Shown piece after piece: positions 12,620 through 25,073 of a stretch of 57,862 nt of DNA; the first letter of the stretch is position 1; each line of letters starts with the position of its first letter. A model generated the notes under the pieces. That model saw only the letters and a list, made by a program, of their open reading frames with translations. It ran no database searches and had not been told where the DNA came from. The stretch lies in contig NC_135820.1 in the NCBI RefSeq assembly GCF_964213995.1, forward strand, positions 3,478,139-3,536,000. The letters run 5' to 3'. The position numbers and the translations under genes are program-made. The stretch is from Mustelus asterias (taxonomy: Eukaryota).

Positions 12620-15522
12620 GAGGGAGGATGGACGGGGGATAGAGAAGGGGAGAGCTCAGACCAAAGGATTGAGATGTGTTTACTTTAATGCCAGGAGTAT
12701 AGTGAATAAAGGGGATGAGCTCAGAGCGTGGATCGATGCCTGGAAGTGTGATGTGGTGGCCATTATGGAGACTTGGATGTCTCAGGGACAGGACTGGATA
12801 CTACAGGTGCCGGGATTCAGATGTTTTAGGAAGGACAGGGAGGGAGGCAAGAGAGGGGGTGGAGTGGCACTGCTGATCAGGGATAATGTCACAGCTGTAG
12901 AGAAGGTGTATGCTGTGGAGGGATTGTCTACAGAGTCTCTGTGGGTGGAAGTTCGGAGTGGGAAGGGGTCGAGCACTTTGCTAGGGGTTTTCTATAGGCC
13001 ACCCAATAGTGACAGGGAGGTGGAGGAGCAGATAGGGAAACAGATCCTGGAGAGTTGCAATAATAGCCGAGTTGTTGTGATAGGAGACTTTAGTTTCCCA
13101 AACATAGATTGGAATATCCCGAGGGTAAGGGGATTGGATGGGGAGGAGTTCGTTAGGTGTGTTCAGGAGGGTTTCCTGACACAGCATGTGGACAAGCCTA
13201 CAAGAGGAGAGGCTGTACTTGATCTGATACTGACCAATGAGCCTGGACATCTCTCAGTTGGAGAGCATCTTGGGGATAGCGATCATAACTCTATCTCCTT
13301 TATGCTTGCATTGGAAAATGAGAGGATCAGGCAAGCTAGGAAAGCGTTTATATGGAGTAAGGGGAAATATGAAGACATAAGGCAGCAAATTAGAGGAGTA
13401 AATTGGAAGGAGGTATTCTCGGGGAAATCTACTGAAGAGAGGTGGCAGTTTTTCAAGGAATGTCTGTCTAGGGTTCTACAGGACAATGTTCCGAGCAGAC
13501 AGGGAGGAGTTGGTAGGTTAAAGGAACCGTGGTGCACGAAAGCTGTGCGGGACCTAGTTGAGAAGAAAAGGAAAGCGTACAAAAGGTTCGGAGAGCTTGG
13601 CGAAGATAGGGATCTAGATGAGTATATGGCTTGTAGGAAGGGACTAAAAAAGGAAATCAGGAGAGGCAGAAGGGGTCACAAGAATTGGCAAGTAGAATTA
13701 AGGAAAACCCTGAGGCGTTCTATAAATATGTGAAGAGTAAAAGGATGAGACGTGAAGGAATAGGGCCTATAAAAGGTGAAGGCGGGAAAATCAGTACGGA
13801 ACCAGTAGAAATGGCAGAGGTGCTTAATGAGTATTTTGCCTCGGTTTTCACAGAGGAGAAGGACATGGGTGGATGTACTGTGGGCTTGTGGTGGACTGAA
13901 AAGATTGAGTATGTGGACTTTAACAAAGAGGTTGAGCTGGAATCTTTGAATGGCATCAAGATAGATAAGTCGCCGGGTCCGGATGGGATGTACCCCAGGT
14001 TTTGTGGGAGGCGAGGGAAGAGATTGCACAGCCTCTGGCGATGATCTTTGCGTCGTCGATGGAGATGGGAGAGGTGCCGGAGGATTGGAGGATTGTGGAT
14101 GTGGTTCCTATTTTCAAGAAGGGGAATAGGGATAGCCCAGGAAATTACCGACCGGTGAGTCTAACCTCAGTGGTTGGTAAGCTGATGGAGATGATCCTGA
14201 GGGACAAGGTTTATGAGCATTTGGAGAGGTTTAGTATGCTCAAGAATACTCAGCATGGCTTTGTCAAAGGCAGATCGTGCCTTACGAGCCTGGTGGAGTT
14301 CTTCGAAAATGTGACTAAACACATTGACGAAGGGAAAGCGGTAGATGTGGTTTATATGGATTTTAGCAAGGCGTTCAATAAGGTCCCCCATGCAAGGCTT
14401 CCAGAAAAAGTGAGAGGGCATGGGATCCAAGGGGATGCTGCCCTGTGGATCCAGAACTGGCTTGCCCAAAGGAGACAGAGAGTGTGTATAGATGGGTCTT
14501 TTTCAACATGGAGGTCGGTCGCCAGTGGTGTGCCCCAGGGATCTGTTCTGGGACCCTTGCTGTTTGTCATTTTCATAAATGACCTGGATGAGGAAGTGGA
14601 GGGATGGGTTGGTAAGTTTGCCGATGACACGAAGGTTGGTGGGGTTGTGGATAGTCTGGAGGGATGTCAGAAGTTACAGAGGGACATAGATAGGATGCAA
14701 GACTGGGCGGAGAAGTGGCAGATGGACTTCAACCCAGATAAATGCGTCGTGGTCCATTTTGGCAGGTCGAATGGGATGAAGGAGTACAATATAAAGGGAA
14801 AGACTCTTAGTACGGTAGAGGATCAGAAGGACTTTGGGGTCCGGGTCCATAGGACTCTAAAATCGGCCCCGCAGGTGGAGGAGGTGGTTAAGAAGGCGTA
14901 TGATGTGCTGGCCTTTATCAATCGAGGGATTGAGTTTAGGAGTCCGGGGATAATGATGCAACAATATAAGACACTCATCAGACCCCACTTGGAGTACTGT
15001 GCTCAGTTCTGGTCGCCTCATTACAGGAAGGATGTGGAAAAGATTGAAAGGGTGCAGAGGCGATTTGCAAGGATGTTGCCTGGAATGAGTGGTATGCCTT
15101 ATGAGGATATGCTGAGGGAGCTTGGTCTTTTCTCCTTGGAGAGACGTAGGATGAGAGGAGACCTAATAGAGGTATATAAGATGTTGAGAGGCATAGATCG
15201 GATGGACTCTCAGAGGCTTTTTCCCAGGGTGGAAATGGCTGCTACGAGAGGACACAGGTTTAAGGTCCTGAGGGGTAGGTACAGGGGAGACGTTAGGGGT
15301 AAGTTTTTCACACAGAGGGTGGTGGGCGAGTGGAATCGGCTGCCGTCAATGGTGGTGGAGGCAAACTCAATAGGGTCTTTTAAGAGACTCCTGGATGAGT
15401 ACATGGGACTTAATAGGATGGAGGGTTATCGGTAGGCCTGAAAGGTAGGGATATGTTCGGCACAACTTGTGGGGCCGAAGGGCCTGTTTTGTGCTGTAGT
15501 TTTCTATGTTTCTATGTTTCTA
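12620..15522 (+). mobile_element. CR1 LINE with near-complete ORF2 (APE endonuclease plus RT), two frameshifts
   Basis: NARSIVNK, GDF, LDLILTN, SDHN in 12669-13733; linker 13685-14044; RT 14002-15435; tail (TTTCTATG)n. Confidence 0.97.
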
Positions 15523-16979
15523 TACTGTAATGTAGATTATTAGCTAAACACTTGGATGTGTTGCACATACGAAAGTAGAATTGTTCTAATGTCCGTTGGT
15601 CATTTATTATTTGTTGTCTGGTTAACAATTACACCTCAGGGGCGAACAAAAACAACAAGAATGTTTTTAAACATCTGAAGGCTCGTAAACCACGAGTTTT
15701 GTGAACAGCTTCATGTGGTGTTTGTGTGGCAAGTTCAAAGTTAAAGTTAAATTATTAGTCACAAGTAAGGCTTACATTAACAGTGCAATGAAGTTACTGT
15801 AAAATTCCCCTTGTCGCCACACTCCGGCACCTGTTCGGATCAATCCACCTAACCAGCATGTCTTTCAGATTGTGGGAGCAAACCGGAGCACCTGGAGGAA
15901 ACCCACGCAGACACGGGGAGAATGTGCAGACTCCACATCGACAGCGACCCAAGGCTGGAATCGAACCTGGGTCCCTGGCGCTGTGAGGAGGCAGAGCAAA
16001 CCATTGTGCCAGCGTGCCGCCCCTATTTGGAAAATCAAATAAGGGTGGCATGGTGGTACGGTGGTTAGCACTGCCTCCTCACAGCGCCAGGAACCCAGGT
16101 TCGATCCCAGCCTTGGGTCACTGTCGATGTGGAGTCTGCGCGTTCTCCCCGTATCTGCGTGGGTTTCCTCCGGGTGCTCCGGTTTCCTCCCACAGTCCAA
16201 AAATTGCAGTTTAGGTGGATGGGCCATGCTAAATTGTCCCTTCGTGTCCCAAGATGTGCAGGTTAGGTGGATTAGCCACAGTAAGTGTGTGGGGTTACAG
16301 GGGTGGAGGGGGAGGGGGAGGGCTGTGTAATATGCTCTTTTGGAGAATCAGGGCAGATTCAATGGGCCAAATGGCCTCCTTTAGCACTGTAAGGGCTCTG
16401 TGGATACAGGTCTAGGTCTGTCTGCCCTTTCTTTATAAAATAACATCAGCGTCGCTGGCCAGGCCCACATGCCAGTTATCAGACCCGTGTGTCTTTCGGA
16501 TGTGGAATGAGTCTCTGTACTTCATTTGTTCAACACGTTCTTGCCACTGACAAGGCCAGCATTTGGTCCCCATCCCTAAAACCGAGACTGTCCCGGGCGG
16601 CATTTGTCTTTGACTTGTCACTGGGTATCTCACCTGAAGAGACCTTTCCTTCCCTGTCTTGCGCAGGAACAAGAGATGCGTTGGAAGAATTTACAGGTTG
16701 ATCATCAACCTTTTTGAGGGTCACATTGATTCTCAAGTACCTGGTGAAACTGGAACAGCCTTCTGAATTCGAGGGTAGGGGGGGAAACCACTGCCTCACA
16801 AGGCTTGATGGAAACATTGCCAACGCACACAGACAAAGAAATGGTCACTGCTGAGACCTCACCACCCCCAACACAAGCCTCATTCCATTGTTTCTGTCTG
16901 CTGGTGGGAGATTGAGAAAATTATTGTCCCTAAGACAATTCCTCTGTGGTGATTTTATTGGGAGAGTAAAGCCATGGAA

Positions 16980-18015
16980 TCGTGGAGTCATAGGGGTTTA
17001 CAGCATGGAAACTGGTCCTCCAGCCCAACTTGTCCACGCCACCCAGTTTTTTGCCACTAGGCTAGTCCTAATTGCCCACATTTGACCCATGTCCCTCTAT
17101 AGAACATAGAACAGTACAGCACAGAACAGGCCCTTCGGCCCACGATGTTGTGCCGAGCTTTATCTGAAACCAAGATCAAGCTATCCCACTCCCTATCATC
17201 CTGGTGCGCTCCATGTGCCTATCCAATAACCGCTATACCCACCTTGCCCATTTAACTGTCTAAATGTTGGGACAATGGGAATAGCTGAGGCTTTTTCAGC
17301 ATTCAGAAGGAGACCATTCAGCCCATTTAGTCTGTACTGGCCCTCTAGTGCCCTGCCCTGTAACCCTTGTACATTCTTTCTTTGCAGATAGAAATCCAAT
17401 TCCTTTTTGAATATCCCAATTGAACATGCCTCCACTATCCTCTCAGGAAATTCTTTTCAGACTCCCACAACCTTCTGGGTGAAATGATTATGACAATGAT
17501 GTGGTTGAATGAGGGACTTCCACTGAAGTAATTGCTTTATGTGACTTGATGGTTGTCCCACTAGAAGAGATGCTGATACAGTTTGTAGAAGTTTACAGCA
17601 TGGAAACAGGCCCTTCGGCCCAACTTGTCCATGCCGTCCCTTTCTTTTAACCACTAAGCTAATCCCAATTGCCCGCATTTGACCCATGTCTCTCTGTACC
17701 CATCGTACCCATGTAACTGTCTAAATGCTTTTTAAAAGACAAAATTGTACCCGCCTCTACTACTACCTCTGGCAGCTTGTTCCAGACACTCACCACCCTC
17801 TGTGTGAAAAAAATGCCCCTCTGGACTGTTTCGTATCTCTCCCCTCTCACCTTAAACCTATGCCCTCTAGTTTTAGACTCCCCTACCTTTGGGAAAAGAT
17901 GTTGACTATCTAGCTGATCTGTGCCCCTCATTATTTTATAGACCTCTATAAGATCACCCCTCAGCCTCCTACGCTCCAGGGGAACAAATGTCCCAGTCTA
18001 TTCAGCCTCTCCTTA
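16980..18015 (-). mobile_element. Several short CR1 3'-end fragments
   Basis: Tail at 17101-17233 nearly identical to that at 2094-2222; ORF 17659-17931 FFTQRVVSVWNKLP. Confidence 0.88.
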
Positions 18016-19486
18016 AGTGGGGGAAAAAGTGGGGGGTAAAAAATGCTGTGGGTGGAATTTTCCTGTCCTCCCCGCCACGGGAATCATGACAGGCGGGACA
18101 CAGACCATGCAAACGTCCGTTGACTGTGGGGAGGATTTTCCAGCCTGAGAGAGAGAGCGCGGCTGGAAAATCCCATCCTGCGAGTAAATACGACATCATG
18201 AGATCCCTTACCAAGCATTTGTATCGCATCCCCAGAGGTAGTGTGTCGGTTTCCATCTGATTTCAAACAGGAGAAGTCTTGCCTTCTTGTAGAAATTAAA
18301 ACCTACTGGATACAGAGTGAAGGATATGGGCCGTGATTCTCCAATCCCGCTGCGCTGGGTCAGGAGAATCTCGCGGCAGGCATTGCACAGAATTCCGCAT
18401 GCATTCCCAACTCCATGGCATCTCCCAGTGCCAGGATTCTGGCAGCATCTGTTCCAGATCGGAAATTGGTGGCGGGAGCGCGGAATTAATATAAATGTTA
18501 TTCGAAATACAATTTAAATGCTATCAGCGGGCCCGGGACTGGATTCGCCAGGCCCGATAGCATCTCCTTCCAAACCTTTCCCCCCACCACTCCCCGCCCC
18601 CCATCCACCCCCCACCCCCCCAGCCAGAGTGGTTCACTCCAGCGGGATTTAGAGTAGCTCCCCACATTTGGGGAGCTAGCAGCATGACCCCATTGGAGTG
18701 AAGGGGGGGGCAATCGATGCCCCCCAGAGAGTGCAGGAGGTGGTGCTCCCTGGGCACTGGTACCATTGCAGTGCCAGCCTGTGCCCCCTTGGGCACAACC
18801 CAAGGGGGAAAGTGCCAATACCCGGGGTGCAACTTGGCACTGTCCACCAGGCATGGGGCAGTGCCATCGGTGTGGAGCATCTGGGGGTGGGGCCTGATGG
18901 GACGGGGCCCAGGTGGGCAGGGCCTAGGGGGCGATCGGTGGCAGCGTAGGGGTCCCACTGCCACGCTTCAGTCAGGATCAGTCGGGGATCAGTCGGGGAA
19001 AGAGGGAGGCCAGCGATTGGGGTGGGCTGTAGGGGGGCAGTCGGGGGGGGGGCGGGTGGGCAGACTGCTGGTGGGAGTTGGCACTGCGGGGGGGGGTGGG
19101 TTACTTTGGGGGGGGAAAAAATAATGCGGGGGGGGGGAGCTGGAGATCTGGACAGGCCGGAGGGGTGGGAGATTGAGGCTGGGCCCGGGAATGGTCGAGG
19201 GGCCAGTGATCGAACCGTGGGGGGCGGAGAGCCAGCGTTGCGGGGTTCGCGGGGCTGGCCAGCAATCGGTGAGGCTGTCAGTGCGGGGCCACTGCACATG
19301 CGCTGATCTTGGCACTGACAGATCAGCACATGCGCAATGGCCCCCTCAGTGCGCTGATTTCAGCCTCTCCGGTGGGAATAAGCCCCGCCTCCTGCAATGT
19401 AATGGTATTCACACTGGTGGCCTCTGCAGTGTAAGAGTTTTAACAACACCAGGTTAAAGTCCAACAGGTTTGTTTGGTAGCAAATA

Positions 19487-19523
19487 CCATAAGCTTTCAG
19501 AGCGCTGCTCCTTCGTCAGATGA
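19487..19523 (-). ncRNA. Variant hammerhead motif in the inverted Penelope arm
   Basis: TCAT-CTGACGA-A-GGAGCAGCGCTCT-GAAAGCTT-ATGG with two G-U substitutions. Confidence 0.65.
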
Positions 19524-20254
19524 AGTGGAAATCTGCTCTCAAACAGGGCACAGAGACACAGAATCAAGTTACAGGATGCTGATTAGAATGTGAATCCCTA
19601 CAACCAACCAGATCTTAAAGATACAGACAATGTGAGTGGAGGGAGCATTAAGCACAGGCTAAAGAGATGTGTATTGTCTCCAGACAGGACAGCCTGCAAG
19701 TCCAGGAGGCAAGCTGTGGGGGTTACTGATAATGTGACATAAAGCCAACATCTCGGTTGAGGCCGTCCTCATGTGTGCGGAACTTGGCTATCAGTTTCTG
19801 CTCAGCGACTTTGAGCTATGACAACGGATGAATGAACACCGCTCGACAATCACCAGGCAAGACTGTTCTCTTCCTGTGGGAGAGCACTTCAGCGGTCACT
19901 GACATTCAGCCTCTGATCTTCAGGTAAGCGTTCTCCAAGGTGGCCTTCACGACACACGACAGCGCAGAGTCGCTGAGCAGAAACTGATAGCCAAGTTCCG
20001 CACACATGAGGACGGCCTAAACCGGGATGTTGGCTTTATGTCACACTATCAGTAACCCCCACAGCTTGCCTCCTGGACATGCTGGCTGTCCTGTCTGGAG
20101 ACAATACACATCTCTTTAACCTGTGCTTAATGCTCCTTCCACTCACATTGTCTGTATCTTTAAGACCTGGCTGGCTGTAGGGATTCGCATTCTAATCAGT
20201 ATTCTGTAACTTGATTTTGTGTCTCTGTGCCCTGTTTGAGAGCAGATTTCCAAT

Positions 20255-20291
20255 CCATCTGACGAAGGAGCAGCGCTCCGAAAGCTAATGG
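20255..20291 (+). ncRNA. Minimal type I hammerhead ribozyme motif in Penelope pseudo-LTR
   Basis: CCAT-CTGACGA-A-GGAGC agc GCTCC-GAAA-GC-TA-ATGG: helix I CCAT/ATGG, helix II GGAGC/GCTCC, palindromic AGCT in place of helix III. Confidence 0.8.
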
Positions 20292-20585
20292 TATTTGCTA
20301 CCAAATAAACCTGTTGGACTTTAACCTGGTGTTGTTAAAACTCTTACTGTGTTTACCCCAGTCCAACGCTGGCATCTCCACATCATGACTTCTGCAATGC
20401 GCAGAGTGTGGGAGATTCTTCTCTGATCTCCTACTGAAAAAACAACGTGAATTACTCCAGTTTTCCCGTGATTTCAACACTTAGAATTTTTTGGCAGAAT
20501 TCCGGCCGTGTTTTCAGAAGCGGAATTTAAAAGGGTAAGTTATTAGTGTGTTTGAGGAGGGACGCAATATATTTAAACTGTGCAA

Positions 20586-20604
20586 CAGCTCCGCCTGGTG
20601 GCTC
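20586..20604 (-). promoter_or_regulatory. CTCF-like motif
   Basis: GAGCCACCAGGCGGAGCTG resembles the CCACCAGGGGGCGC core; lies in a short non-repeat island. Motif match by eye only. Confidence 0.3.
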
Positions 20605-21424
20605 ACGGCCAAACGACAAGGAGACGACCTCCATTCATTCTGAATGTCATGGTGGGCTGCTGAAAGTGTGCAGCACGGTGGCACAGTGGATAGCGCTGCT
20701 GACTCACAGCGCCAAGGTCCCGCGTTCAAATCCCGGCTTGGGTCACTGTCTGTGTGGAGATTGCATATTCTCCCCATGTCTGCTTGGGCTTCCTCCGGGG
20801 GCTCCAGTTTTCTCCCACGGTCCGAAAGATGTGCGTGGTAGGTGGATTGGCCATGCTGAAGTACCCCTTTGTGTCAGGGGGACTAGCTAGGGTAAATGCA
20901 TGGGGTTGTGGGGATGGGGCCTGGGTGAGATTATGGTCGGTGCAGACTCGATGGGCCAAATGGCCTCCTTCTGCATTGTAGGGATTCTATGATTACTGTC
21001 GGTTTATTCTGAAAGAGCGCCAGGGACTTAGGTTCAATTCCCGGCCTGGGTCACTGTCTGTGTGGAGTCTGCACGTTCTCTCCGTGTCTGCGTGGGTTTC
21101 CTCCGGGTGCTCCGGTTTCCTCCCACAGTCCGAAAGACGTGCTGGTTAGATGCATTGGCCGTGCTAAATTCTCCCTCAGTGTACCCGAACAGGCGCTGGA
21201 GTGTGGTGGCTAGGGGATTTTCACAATAACTTCATTACAGTGTTAATGTAAACCTACTTGTGACACTAATAAATAAACTTAAAACATTTTACTTCAGCAG
21301 CTGAATTGAGACATTTTGTTTACTTGCCTCAGCTTTTCAAATTTCTGACAAAGTATATTCTTTCTCTACAATAGCAATCAATAAAATATTTTTATACATT
21401 AACACAACAACTCTGTTGTCATTA

Positions 21425-21980
21425 AAGAAGGAGGTGAGGATGGGATATAAGGAGGGGAAGGTGAGGGAACAAGTGGAAGGAAATGGGGGAAATGGGGTGA
21501 GGAAGGTGATGGGAGGGGGAAGGGAGAGGGGGAAGCTGAGGGGGACAGGGAAGGAGAGAGCAGAAGGGGGAAGGGGAAGAATGGGGAGGGGGATTGGTGA
21601 AGGGGGAAAATAGGGTGGAGATTGGGATGGGGAAAGAGGAAAGGTGAGGGGGAAGGGAGAGGGGGGAGAAGGGGGAAGAATAGGACGAGGCAGAGGGAAG
21701 GGTGGAGGGGAAGGGGACGGGGAAAGTGGGAGGGGAAAGGGGAATACTGAAGAGAGAGAGGGAAAGGCAGGGGGCAATAGGGGATGGGGCAGTGGAAAGG
21801 GAGGGAATGGATCAGGGGGAAAGGAGGGGGTAACAGGGTGGAGGGCAGGGGGAAGAGAGATGGGGGAGAGCGGGATGGGGGGAATGGGTGTGTGAGAGGG
21901 GAGGAAGAAAGTGGTGGGAGGAAGGGGGAATAAAGGTAGAAGAGGGAAAGGGGGGAAGGAGGAAAGAAGGAGGGAGAACA
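21425..21980. repeat. G/A-rich polypurine low-complexity tract
   Basis: About 550 bp dominated by GGGGAA/GGGAG runs on the plus strand. Confidence 0.9.
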
Positions 21981-22303
21981 GTTTGGACAGAAGAACTCGA
22001 CATTTTACATGTAGCCGACATTGAAGCCTCAAAAAGAACTTCAGTTAAGAAGCCAAGCTAAAAGCGTGATGGTGGAATATGACTCCAGATTTTCAACCTG
22101 CACTGGATTCTGCAGTACCTGTCAGAGAGATACTTCACACCAGCTTACAGGAGGCTTGCATGTGCCACCTTAAGGAATATACTCCCCCGGAGCGTATCAA
22201 CTAGCCAAGCTGCAAACTTCCCATGACAAAAGTAGGCTTCTAAGGATCAACATTGCATCAGGGAGATTCTCCTTAAAATACATAGCAAAATCCAAATGGA
22301 CTT

Positions 22304-22401
22304 GTCAGGATGGCCGAGTGGTCTAAGACGCCAGACTCAAGGATTCAGTCCTTCCCACTGAGGGCCGGGTGTTCTGATCTCTGACTGGATCAGTTCTGAC
22401 A
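22304..22401 (+). pseudogene. Intron-containing tRNA-Leu(CAA) pseudogene lacking the T-arm
   Basis: GTCAGGATGGCCGAGTGGTCTAAGACGCCAGACTCAAG (anticodon CAA 22338-22340), ~30-nt intron, TTCTG and variable arm, then TTCTGACA pairing with the 5' GTCAGGA. No GGTTCGAATCC. Followed by ttactttt. Confidence 0.85.
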
Positions 22402-23362
22402 TTACTTTTGGGCGGCACGGTGGCACAGTGGTTAGCACTGCTGCCTCACAGCGCCGGGGACCCGGGTTCAATTCCCGGCTTGGGTCACTGTCTGTGTGGA
22501 GTTTGCACGTTCTCCCCGCGCCTGCGTGGGTTTCCTCCGGGTGCCCCGGTTTCCTCCCACAGTCCAAAGATCTGCGGGTTAGGTGGATTGGCCATGCTAA
22601 ATTGCCCCTTAGTGTCAGGGGAGTTAGTGGGGTAAATATGTAGGGCTGTGGGAATAGGATCTAGGTGGGATTGTGGTCGGTGCCATCTCAATGGACTGAA
22701 TGGCCTCCTTCTGCACTGTAGGGATTCTATTCTATGATTCAGCTGAAACTTATTCCAGACACAAACACCCAGCTTGTTATCTACGAACCCAGTTGTTTTT
22801 TTACTGGAATTATTGACCATAGCAAAATTTAGAAAAACATTTTTTTTTTCATTTTCTGTGAATTATACATAGATGTTGAACATCATGTTAAAACATTTAT
22901 TAAAAAGAATGTCTGCTGCCTCTCCTCACTGCAGCTAGACCAGAAAAAGGTGTGCAAATAAATAAGTGTAAAAACTCACCCATCATCAGTGCAAGTGACT
23001 GAGGTGAGGGAGAGAGTGCAGATTAACTCTTCAATACCGGCATTTTTGAAAGCAGAATGGGATGTTTAAATATGGCGCGCTTCTAGTGAGCATGTCCATA
23101 TTACTTCCGCATGGTTCCAATGTGCACGTGCAGTGCACAGTGGGGCAGCACGGTAGTGCAGTGGTTAGCACTGCTACCTCACAGTGCCAGGGACCTGGGT
23201 TCAATTCTGGCCTCGGGTCACTGTCTGTGTGGAGTCTGCACATTCTCCCCATGTCTGTGTGGGTTTCCTCCGGGTGCTCCGGTTTCCTCCCACAGTCCAA
23301 AAGATGTGCGGGTTAGGTGGATTGGCCATGTTAAATTGGCCCGAGTGTCAGGGGGATTACAA

Positions 23363-24237
23363 TGAACAAAGAACAGTACAGCACAGGAAACAGGCCCTTC
23401 GGCCCTCCAAGCCTGTGCCGCTCCTTGGTCCAACTAGACCAATCGTTTGTATCCCTCCATTCCCAGGCTGCTCATGTGACTATCCAGGTAAGTCTTAAAC
23501 GATGTCAGCGTGCCTGCCTCCACCACCCTACTTGGCAGCGCATTCCAGGCCCCCACCACCCTCTGTGTAAAAAACATCCCTCTAATATCTGAGTTATATT
23601 TCGCCCCTCTCACCTTGAGCCCGTGACCCCTCATGATCGTCACTTCTGATCTGGGAAAAAGCTTCTCACTGTTCACCCTATCTATCCCCTTCATAACCTT
23701 GTACACCTCTATTAGATCTCCCCTCATTCTCCGTCTTTCCAGGGAGAACAAACCCAGTTTACCCAATCTCTCCTCATAGCTAAGACCCTCCATACCAAGC
23801 AACATCCTGGTAAATCTTCTCTGCACTCTCTCTAACGCCTCCACGTCCTTCTGGTAGTGCGGCGACCAGAACTGGACGCAGTACTCCAAATGTGGCCTAA
23901 CCAGCATTCTATACAGCTGCATCATCAGACTCCAGCTTTTATACTCTATACCCCGTCCTATAAAGGCAAGCATACCATATGCCTTCTTCACCACCTTCTC
24001 CACATGTGTTGCCACCTTCAAGGATTTGTGGACTTGCACACCTCGGTCCCTCTGTGTTTCTATACTCTTGATGACTCTGCCATTTATTGTATAACTCCTC
24101 CCTACATTATTTCTTCCAAAATGCATCACTTCACATTTATCCGGATCAAATTCCATCTGCCACCTCTCCGCCCAATTTTCCAGCCTATCTATATCCTGCT
24201 GTATTGCCCGACAATGCTCATCGCTATCCGCAAGTCC
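23363..24237 (-). mobile_element. CR1 LINE 3' fragment inserted into an HE1-type SINE
   Basis: RT C-terminal motifs in ORF 23434-24354. The SINE stops at ~23360 and resumes at ~24238. Confidence 0.95.
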
Positions 24238-24565
24238 AGCAGGGTAAATCTGTGGGGCTATGGGAATAGGTTCTGGGTGGGACTGTGATCGGTGCAGACT
24301 CAATGGGTCCAATGGCCACCTTCTGCGCTGTGGGGATTCTATGTGCACAGTCAACTTAAGTCAGGATTCGGACTGGAAGTTATGGGCCATTGTGATAACA
24401 ATGAGTGCTGTTGAATGCGGTACTACAGATGATTTGTTAAAGATTTTTTTGTAGCTGTCATCGAACAATGGGATGCATACAAAATATTATGCATTGAGAG
24501 CGCATTAATCCAAGGCAAAGGATGGGCTGGGGGAAATTTCCAGTCCGGGCTTTTCTTTCTGAGGA

Positions 24566-25073
24566 TAGAACATAGAACATAGAACAGTACAGCACAGAAC
24601 AGGCCCTTCGGCCCACGATGTTGTGCCGAGCTTTATCTGAAACCAAGATCAAGCTATCCCACTCCCTATCATCCTGGTGTGCTCCATGTGCCTATCCAAT
24701 AACCGCTTAAATGTTCCTAAAGTGTCTGACTCCACTATCACTGCAGGCAGTCCATTCCACACCCCAACCACTCTCTGCGTAAAGAACCTACCTCTGATAT
24801 CCTTCCGATATCTCCCACCACGAACCCTATAGTTATGCCCCCTTGTAATAGCTCCATCCACCCGAGGAAATAGTCTTTGAACGTTCACTCTATCTATCCC
24901 CATCATCATTTTATAAACCTCTATTAAGTCTCCCCTCAGCCTCCTCCGCTCCAGAGAGAACAGCCCTAGCTCCCTCAACCTTTCCTCATAAGACCTACCC
25001 TCTAAACCAGGCAGCATCCTGGTAAATCTCCTCTGCACTCTTTCCAGCACTTCCACATCCTTCTTATAGTGAG
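24566..25073 (-). mobile_element. CR1 LINE 3' fragment, same subfamily as 2084-4140
   Basis: Ends ...HMEHTRMIGSGIA with an identical 3' UTR and tail. Confidence 0.95.

Larger units (their letters stand above)
19431..20390. mobile_element. Penelope-like element remnant with inverted pseudo-LTR arrangement
   Basis: 19434-19808 is the reverse complement of ~19965-20345. 19825-20055 encodes the GIY-YIG C-terminus (RMNEHRSTITRQDCSLPVGEHF...LNRDVGFMSHY). Confidence 0.92.
18327..20508. mobile_element. GC-rich MITE-like element, second copy, interrupted by Penelope (19431-20390)
   Basis: Termini GGGCCGTGATTCTCC / GGCAGAATTCCGGCC; shares gagtggttcactccagcggg, tgacagatc and cagagtgtgggagattc with 927-1878. 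Confidence 0.75.

Noticed and set aside
12669-15435. Active autonomous CR1
   Set aside because: ORF2 is broken by frameshifts near 13685 and 14002, and no ORF1 or 5' UTR is evident.
16640-16700. Possible plus-strand micro-exon after a pyrimidine tract (ttgcgcag|GAACAAG...ACAG|gttgat)
   Set aside because: Weak donor, no partner exons, no recognisable peptide.
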